Below, piece by piece: positions 56,057-64,000 of a DNA stretch of 64,000 nt. The position numbers were made by a program, and so were the translations under genes. The stretch comes from Vitrella brassicaformis CCMP3155 (Eukaryota > Protista > Chromerida), in contig CDMY01000275.1 of assembly GCA_001179505.1 (NCBI GenBank), positions 124,001 to 188,000 of the forward strand. The letters are read 5' to 3'. Below the pieces are notes generated by a model. The model did no database searches. It was not told the DNA's origin and was given only the letters and a program-made list of their open reading frames with translations. The number at the start of each line of letters is the position of its first letter. Position 1 is the stretch's first letter.

Positions 56057-56338
56057 TCATCTCGGCGGCCGTCCAAACCTCGATGCCGACGCAGCCGACT
56101 CGACAGAAACCTCAGCACCCGCCGACTTGACAGCCTTGGCCACATCCAGCCTCTCCCACTTGAACTTTTTGCCCTCTGATCCGATGAGGTTGCGGAAGAT
56201 CTTCCAGTCCACGGGCCCTCCGGCCGCCTTGTCCTGGAAGTAGCGCTTGATGAGCTTCCTCGGGATCTCGGGGTACTTGGGCGGGCCCTTCCACGCCTCC
56301 CTCACCATCACCTTCAGACGGCCTGCACGCGGAGGCAT
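56057..56338 (-). CDS. Small basic hypothetical protein (93 aa), single exon
   Basis: ATG-to-TGA ORF with C/G-ending codons and natural composition (MPPRAGRLKVMVREAWKGPPKYPEIPRKLIKRYF...). Occupies the expected minus slot of a head-to-head pair. Confidence 0.7.
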   Translation of the reverse strand: MPPRAGRLKVMVREAWKGPPKYPEIPRKLIKRYFQDKAAGGPVDWKIFRNLIGSEGKKFKWERLDVAKAVKSAGAEVSVESAASASRFGRPPR

Positions 56339-56739
56339 CTCGCAATCGCATTGCTAAGGGGGAGCCTGAGATTGGTCTTCACATTCTCTTCCCTTCCCGG
56401 ATCTGCAAGCTCGCAATAGAACAGGGGGGGAAGGGGCGTGGTGATGATGTGACGATGAGTCATGTGGCCAAAGAGTCAATTGGAGCTGATGACGGCGCTC
56501 GCAAGCTACAAAGATCAGATTCAGATAGATCTGGCCATTCGGCGCATCAACTCAACTCATGCTGGAGGACATCCACAGCATTCCTGCATGAGGTGTATCA
56601 CTCATCGAGCGGCACCTCATCTTTCTGACCCTTCGGCGGTTATCCGCAGCTTTTGCTTCTGTCGGTGATTGGGCAGTGCAAGCGCGGTCCCACAGCTTCT
56701 GAGGTCCACAAGGGTCAGCATCAGTGACAGCCGCAGCCA

Positions 56740-57092
56740 ATGGAGCCAGGTTCGCAGCCAGCGAGCGGAGATGTCCGTCCTCCTCGTTCGAAGGCCTCCC
56801 GTCCGCCCACTCGGCCTGCTCGGCCCCAGAACCGACCCAAGATGCAGCCCAAGGCCAAGGCGCCGCCCCCCCAGGGACACTACTGTATGGGCATGCCGCC
56901 CCAATACCCCGTGTATGCCCCCCCTGGCCCTCCCTCCGGCCCCTTGCCCTTCTCCCCTCCCTCAGGACCCTACCCCCCTAACATGCCCGTCATCTATCGA
57001 CCATGGCATCCGCCGCAGCACCAACAGTGGTTCCCTCACGGCAATCCGCCGCATGTGGATCCACCATCAGAAGGTGGTCCTTCTGCACCTGC

Positions 57093-57126
<34 letters not shown>

Positions 57127-60100
57127 GGTGGAGGGGGTGGGCAGACGACTGGTGCGGCGAGTGAGGGCGGTTCGCGGTTGTCACTGCCTCCGCCGAATGG
57201 TTTTCCTGCCACGCTCAAGGGGCTTGCTGCAGAGATGGCCGATGAAGACCTGCTCAAGGAAGCACCACCGCGGAAAGCCCACGAGTCCGCGGCAGCACAA
57301 TCGAGCCAGAAATCCGCTTCGCCAGCCAGGGGGCTTGCCACCCCATCCCCTCCGCCAGATCGACAAGCCCAACCACTGCCCAACGGACCGGTTCGCCCAC
57401 TGCTTTACCAACCGCCGCACCCATTCGCACCGCCAGGTGGCGCTCCTGGCCATCCGGGGGGATATCACCCTTATCCTCCACCGCCCCCCTTTGCGCACAC
57501 ACACCAGTGGCCCGCGATGCCGCCGGGTCGCCCAGTGGCAGTACTTGGAGCCCCGAAAAGAGCCAGCGGGGCACAAAGCAAAACCGGCAGTGCGGTGGGC
57601 GACGACGATGCCAGCCAGGAGATCACTGACGTGCCCGAGGGCTACACATTCGGTCGGTATGCATTCATTGCACACATATATGCAGCTGAGCTGAGCACAG
57701 CACAGCACAGGCAGACAGGCGTTCGGTGCAGTGCGTACCTAGACGCATTTTATTTCCGTTTCTTTCCATCCATCAGAGTTGGAGGACCATCGTGAAGCGG
57801 ATGGATCCATTGTGGGTCGGGTGCGCTTCAACGGCCGGTCTATGGAGAGGAAGGTCTTCAAGCTCGGTAGCTACAACAATGCCGTGGCGGGAGCGTCCAA
57901 GGCCGCCGAGGAGTGGGGGAGAAAGGCCATCCTCAGACACGTCGAGAGGCAGCGCAAGCGGCAGGAGAAGCTGGCCGAGCAGCACGCTGAGGCCCTCTCC
58001 CCCACCTCACAGGCGGTGTCGAAGCGGCCAACGGGCGGCCTGCGGCCGCGGACCGCTCTGCACAAGCCCAAGGTGCCTGGCAACAACGACGCTGATTGGG
58101 TGGCGAATCCGTCGGATGTTGCGTCATCGGATGAGGACATGGATGGTGAGGCGGAGGGCGACGAGGATGACAGCGATGCGCGGCCGAAGCGGGGTGGCAA
58201 GAGGCGGCGGGTCACAGAGAGCGACAAGGTCAGGCGGGCCAAGGCGGAGCTGCCTCAGCCGGCACCACCTGCGCACAAGGAGGTCAGGATCGACGACACC
58301 ACAACCGTGCCCGTTGAGGCAGGTAGGTAGGTCCGTCGCTCGGCCAGGCCAGAACACCTCCACCACCACCACCACCACCAGGCGTCTCATTCCCGTGCTC
58401 CTTGCCTGTGTGTGTCAGGTGTGCGTCTGAACGGCCAGACAGTGTATCGTTATCAGGGCTATGTCAAGGTGGGCGGCAGGGTGCGGGAGAAGAAGGACTT
58501 CCCCCCCGGCGCCAGGCCGCCCGAGGAGGCACTGGAGCTGGCCACGGCATGGGCCGAGGCAACCTTGCAGGTGTGGGTCAAGCACATTCAAGTCGACGAC
58601 GACAACGCCAGCGGCAAACCTCGCACAAGACAGAGAGACGGGGCAGCCGCAACGCAGCGGAGGAAGCCGAGGACAAAAGGAGGTGGTGGCGGGGGTGAGG
58701 ATCTCATGTCGTCTGTGGTGGCTGACGGCGACGGGGGTGGCGCTCCTGTGGATGGCCAGCCCGCCGAAGGGCCGGGGGGTGAGGTTGCAGCGGCAGCAGA
58801 GGGGGCTCCTGAGTCCGACAAGAGGGCCCCGAGGGGGAAGAAGAGGACACGGCACGACCGTGTGATCGAGCCGTCGGGCGACATACAAACTGACCCACGT
58901 ATCGCGGGCACTGCACAGACAGACAAAGAGACAGACACAAACACAGACAGACACTACACACATGGGAGGGGAGACTGTTCACTCCACTTTACCGGCTTGG
59001 TGTGGTGTGCACTGCAGATTGGTGCGTGGTTGCCCGCCCTGGAGGCGACTACATTGCCCGTTTCATCCGTGACGGCTTCGAGCGTCGCTTCGGCCCCTTT
59101 AGGTCGCTGCAGACGGCCCAGCGCGCCTTCGATGACGAGCTGGTCAAGACCTACGGCTCAAGGGCATGCGAGACGGTGCTGTTCGATCCGTCCAGACTGG
59201 AGCAGCTCAAGGACAACGCTGCCTTCCATGTGGCATCCCACGTGCCCGAGTACGCCACCTACCGTGGGTCGGTCGTCAGCCACCGTGCAGTCAAGAGGGC
59301 TGCTGCCGCTGATGACCACATCGTGGATGTGGTCATAATAGGGGCCGGCACTGCGGGTACGGACATGGTCACGTCTGCACAGGAGTCTCGCTGAAGCTCT
59401 GTCTCATGTATGTCGCATATATTTCCATCCTTGCTTGCGTGTGACTGCAGGTCTGGTGTGTGCAAGGGAGCTGATTCGTCGCGGACTGAGTGTTTTGGTC
59501 TTCGAGTCCAAGGACCGCATCGGCGGCCGCATCCACACCGTCAAGCTTAGCGGCACCACCCCCACAGGCAACCCTGCAGACGACCTCGAGGCCTGGGACG
59601 TGGAGGCAGAGCTCGGCGCACAATACATCCATGGCTGCTCACCCGGCATGGCGGACATCAATCCCGTCTACAGGACGGCCCTCGAACGGCGAGAGCGGCT
59701 CGGCCTGCCCCAGGCCGGCGTCGCCACGCCCCACGCCGACCCTGCTATGGCAGGTCTCTGTCTCGACCACCTAAATGGCGAGGCGGTGCCGGCAGAGGTG
59801 ATCGTCAAGCTGGGTTTCGTCCTGGACAAGATCACGGCGGCCATCCAGTGCAATGCAATCGACATGTGCTTCCCCTTCCGGATGGACGGGGCGGGGACCA
59901 AGTTGCGCGAGCCATCGGAGGTATGGGACGTGGCGCTTGACGCCAAGAGGCGAGGCGAGATCCGTGGATGGCGACATGGGCTGTGGAAGAGTGACCAGAG
60001 GGGCGTGGGGCACGTGGCGGAGAGGTGGCGCAAGGGCAGCAAGAGCGGTGGGGGGTGGCGCAAGGGACGCTGGAAAGAGGAGGCGGCTCTCTTGGGAGGA

Positions 60101-62721
60101 ACATCAGGTGGAGACATCAACGGCCAGAGTGGTGACCTACTGGGTGGTCTTCCTGCACCACCCCCAGCCGCAGCGGCCGCCGGGCCGGCTGTGGACGACA
60201 AGGAGACTGCTGAGAGCCCTCGAGCTGCCCCAGCCCCAGGCCCCGCCCCTCCCAGCCCTATCCCAGCTGCTGCTGCTGCTGCTGCCGCCGCCGCTGCTAC
60301 TGCTGACGGACCAATGATGCTTGACGAGCAGCAGCCAATGCTCAACGGAACCGACACAGACGAGCTGGCCGTCGGCCGTCGGTGTGGCAGCCTGCCCCTG
60401 CCGTCGATTGAGGATGCCTTTCACCAGAACCTGGTGTCAGTGTGTCAGCGGCTGGACATCCAGTACCCTTTGTCCTTCACCGAGGAGGCCCTGCTGCACA
60501 AGGCCAAGCAGCGGCGGTGGGGCTACTGCGCCATGCCCAGCGATCTCGACATCGAACACGAGTACTTCCTCAACACACTGGAGGGCAACGGCATGAACGA
60601 CGGACACAGCGGGGCCACGCAGTTCTACGGCACAGCCACGGTGTCCATTGGGCTGGGGCAGGGCACCACCAGACACGCTTCCCAGCCGACACCTGAGGCG
60701 CTGGACCACCTCGCGCATGAGGCCCTCACTGCGGCAACGGTCGGGCTGCCGGGCGACCCCTATCTCTCCGACCAGAAGCACCTGGTCAAGGACGCGGCGA
60801 GCAGGTTGGTGCAGCAGGGCGTCATGGACTTCCCTCTCTACCGATTCGCCAAGGGGAGCCAGGAGCAGGCGAGTGCGCCTAGGCCGGGTAGGCGGCCAGC
60901 GGGGCATGTCGACGAGCGTGTCTTTGGGGATCGGGTGGTGCTGTCGAGCTACACGCGGCTGGTGACGGACAAGGTTGTGGTAAAGGGCGCAAAGGGGGCG
61001 GGGGGGAGCATGGAGCCGGACATATCGCTGTCTGAGCCAGTGCAGAGCGTCCGGTGCCCTGGGCTGCACAGCGCTGCTGACGGCCATACTGCGTGTGAGG
61101 TCACCCTCAGAGGCGGAAAGGTCAGCCCAGCCCCACACACCACACAAGGATATCACACACGTTTGGTGTGTATGTGTACTTAATGGCTTTACTTACGCAG
61201 GTCGTTGAGAGCGACTTTGTGGTGTGCACTGTGCCTATCGGGGTGCTCAAGGCCTCACTCAAGTGCCACCCAAGACAAGACACACTCGACACTAACAAGT
61301 AAGTAAATGCCCTCCCTCCCTCTCGGCCACACAACCATCCATTCACAGACACCAACCAAACCGCCTCCCTCCCTCCCTCCCTCCCTGTGCATTGTATCTC
61401 ATTCCATCCTCACTCAGCAACAGCAGCGCCCTGGCTTTCGACCCACCCCTCAGCGGCGCCAAGCAGGCCGCCATCCGTCGATTCGGTGTGGGTGCGACCA
61501 ACAAGGTGCTGCTGCGGTTCTCAGTCAGGCGTCACCCACCGCCACACGGACACCACCAGCCCCACCCCAGTCCAGCTAGTGCCAGTGCCAGTGATGCGGC
61601 GGAGCTGGAGGAGGGCGACCTGCACCCGCTGTGGACGTACTACGGGCACATCCCCAACTGGACCACCACACACCCGCACTACTACTTCCTCAACCTCCAT
61701 GCCTACTCTTCCGGCTCGGCCAGTGAGTGGTCTAGACAGACAGACAGACAGACGCCATGTGTGATGGATTGAGTGATTGGTGTGAGGAACTGATTGGCTC
61801 AATAAAGGGTCGGTTGGTTGTGTGCGTCTGTCTGTCTATGCAGGTAAGGCTGGCCTGGTGTGCTGCAGTGTGGGGCCGCCACTGGCGTATGACTGGGGAG
61901 GCCGAAATGACCAAGAGGTGAGGGATGACTGTCTCAAGGTGCTCCGGGGCATGTTCAGCAGCCTCAGACGAGAGGTAGGTAAGGGTCGCCAGCCTGCCTC
62001 CCTACCTGCCAGCAAGCCGCGCGTCTATTTGCTCTGTGTGTCACATCCATCCATTCTTTCAGTTGCGTGAGAGTTCCGAGAGCAGCGACAACTCTGTGGA
62101 CGACTCTGTGGTGGACGTCCTGCCACAGCTCCTCGACTACCGCGTGTCGCGGTGGACGCAGGACCCTGACTTCCTCGGCAGCTACTCATTCATACCAAAG
62201 GTGGGTAGGTCACCGTCAGCAACGAGGGAGACGACACGCAGCGCAGCCACGGGAGGGGGTGTGGAATGGAATGGTGTGGTGTGCAGGGCAGCGATGAGCG
62301 TCTGATCGAGCAGATGGCCTCCCCAGAATGGGACGGCAGACTCATATTCGCCGGTCAGGCAGCGCATCGCATCGCATCGCATCGCAGCACACACACATAG
62401 CCAGCCAGACGGGGCGTGTATGCATCTGTGCTGACCCCTTTTGCCTCTGTGTGTGCAGGTGAGGCGACGAGTCGTGTCGGCTTCCAGACGGTGACTGGGG
62501 CATGGTGCAGCGGCCTGAGGGCAGCCGACCAGGTCATCCAGGCCATACAGCCACACCTAGCCGTCCCTGCAGCACAACCGTCACAGCAGCATCCTGCTGC
62601 AGCAGCAGCCGCTGCTGGTGGTGGCTTCGGCGGGGATGGCGGCGACAAGAGGGAGGACACAGAGATGTCGGTGGGCGGCCTGCCGAGTGGAGATGGGCAG
62701 GCAGGTGCTGGTGAAGCTTAG
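56740..62721 (+). CDS. Flavin-dependent amine oxidase (LSD1/KDM1-PAO family) fused to three N-terminal AP2-like domains
   Basis: FAD motifs IIGAGTAGLVCAREL...FESKDRIGGRIHT, LGAQYIHG, VCTVPIGVLK, GVGATNKVLLRF, SRWTQDPDFLGSYS, RLIFAGEAT...TVTGAWCSGLRAA. The three upstream AP2-like segments are joined in frame by canonical introns. Confidence 0.85.
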
Positions 62722-63027
62722 TGGACAATTATATTGGAAGGACAGACATGTGCGTGTGGCAGTACAGTACGTGTGGGATGTGCGTGGAGGAAGGCTCACT
62801 CACTGCAGTTGCTGACCAGCAGTCGCGAGGAGTGAGTGGAGTGGCGCGGTCCTTCTGTGCCGGACCAGAAGGCACACGCTCGGTGGTCGCTCTAGCTAGC
62901 TACGTGTGGATGTAGTTCTGTGTGCGGTGATGCGCTCTTGATCAACCAACCAACCAGTGCATCCATCAACTGCATACTGTCTGCAGGGCGACTGACTTAA
63001 CCCACCACGTACACCCACACCAACGGC

Positions 63028-63447
63028 TCACCAGACACACTCCATGGTTCCCACGTTGACGCCGTGGCCAAACCGACAAGCAGCAAGGCCGGGATCGAGG
63101 AGAAGCCTTTGTCGCCGGGACAAAGGCGATATGTAGTGGCTGCTGATGCCGCCGCTGCGGCCGTGACGCAGTGCGTGGCCTGGCAGGTTCCGCTCCATCG
63201 GAAGAGCAGCACACTGGATGGCTCGGCAGATAATTCGCTTTGTCCGGAGCGATGGTGAGAACGGATGCGCGAGGGAAAACGGCGGGAGCTTTGGTTTCCT
63301 GGCCGGAGGTGTTCGGTTTCGAGAGCATCTGGCCATAGCCAATTTTGTTACAACGCACGCGTACTTGTATAGCGGCCATTATCGAACACGGCGGGGACTT
63401 CTCATCTTTACTTACCTGTGTGCCGATGACGCGCGCCGGTAGCCCAT
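63028..63447 (-). CDS. Weak candidate two-exon gene or non-coding transcript
   Basis: ATG at 63447 followed by a perfect donor CAG|GTAAGT, in phase with the ORF at 63028-63342. The translation is not convincing as a protein. Confidence 0.2.
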
Positions 63448-63552
63448 AAGGTCAGCTGGGAGGGCGCAAGGGAGCGTGTTGGATGGGCCGCACCACCGTC
63501 GCCGTGTGCTGTGTGCCGTGTGTTGTGTATGGCATGCAGATCAGATCGGATC

Positions 63553-64000
63553 ATGGAAGGGCAACCCAACGTCAAATCCAGCGCCCTGCCCAGACGCAAA
63601 CGAGGTCCTCAACCATCACAGCAACACACCACACCGCACCACGCCACACCCCTCTCTCTCTCCGTGTGTGTGTCCATCCATCCCATCCATCCATCGATCA
63701 GGTGGCGAGAACCAGCACATGTCCTCCATCTCGTCCAGCAGTCAGATGAGCCAGGGCAGCGGGGCGGCACCGAATCGCAGCGGGCAAGGACGGGGCGAGG
63801 CGGGGGGCGGACAGAACCGAGGTCAGGCATTGGGTGGCACAACCCACAGACAGACAGAGAGAGAAGTGCACGCACGCAGAAATCGCCAATCACTTCACTG
63901 CCGTCCATTTATTTGTGTGTGCAGGGGGTAGAGGTAATGATGGTGTGTGCGGGGTAGCTGGCACGACCGGCACATCGTTTCGTTTGATCCATCAGTCGGG
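63553..64000 (+). CDS. 5' part of a gene running off the window end
   Basis: MEGQPNVKSSALPRRKRG|GENQHMSSISSSSQMSQGSG..., with GT-AG introns in matching phase. Confidence 0.45.

Noticed and set aside
56462-56668. Upstream ORF MWPKSQ... as the first exon of the oxidase gene
   Set aside because: It is packed with promoter-type motifs (GCAAGCT, AGATCT), and I found no in-phase splice to 56740.
63409-63418. TACTTACCTG, resembling the U1 snRNA 5' end
   Set aside because: No downstream U1 loop I (GAUCACGAAG), loop II (AUUGCAC) or Sm site. It is better read as a minus-strand splice donor.

Overview
Eukaryotic nuclear DNA, GC-rich and intron-dense, with introns full of (GT)n/(CA)n/(GACA)n microsatellites and one 300-N gap. 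The gene content (bipartite plastid leaders, fused PPi-PFK, Cet1/Prt1-type RNA triphosphatase, ApiAP2-like domains, HPR-like repeats) points to a photosynthetic relative of apicomplexans, most likely a chromerid such as Vitrella (inference). I reconstructed 18 multi- or single-exon genes by hand, plus one partial and one weak candidate at the right end. They alternate strictly minus/plus as head-to-head pairs. In order: unknown protein, RPS10, CXIP4-like, small plastid membrane protein, syntaxin-17-like SNARE, RNA 5'-triphosphatase, HCN-like channel, myristoylated EF/C2 protein, secreted PQQ-type sugar dehydrogenase, egghead-like mannosyltransferase, plastid LON-N protein, HPR-like protein, PPi-PFK, Tudor-like protein, He_PIG-domain protein, CCCH/LOTUS/RING protein, small basic protein, and an AP2-like x3 / LSD1-type amine oxidase fusion. 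No rRNA, tRNA, CRISPR array or transposon was recognised. Best leads: the AP2-LSD1-like fusion, the DysF-syntaxin-17 fusion, three in-frame TAGs in one gene next to a frameshifted neighbour, and CA-5'/GT-3' complementary repeat polarity in introns. All domain calls come from motif recognition by eye, not from database searches.
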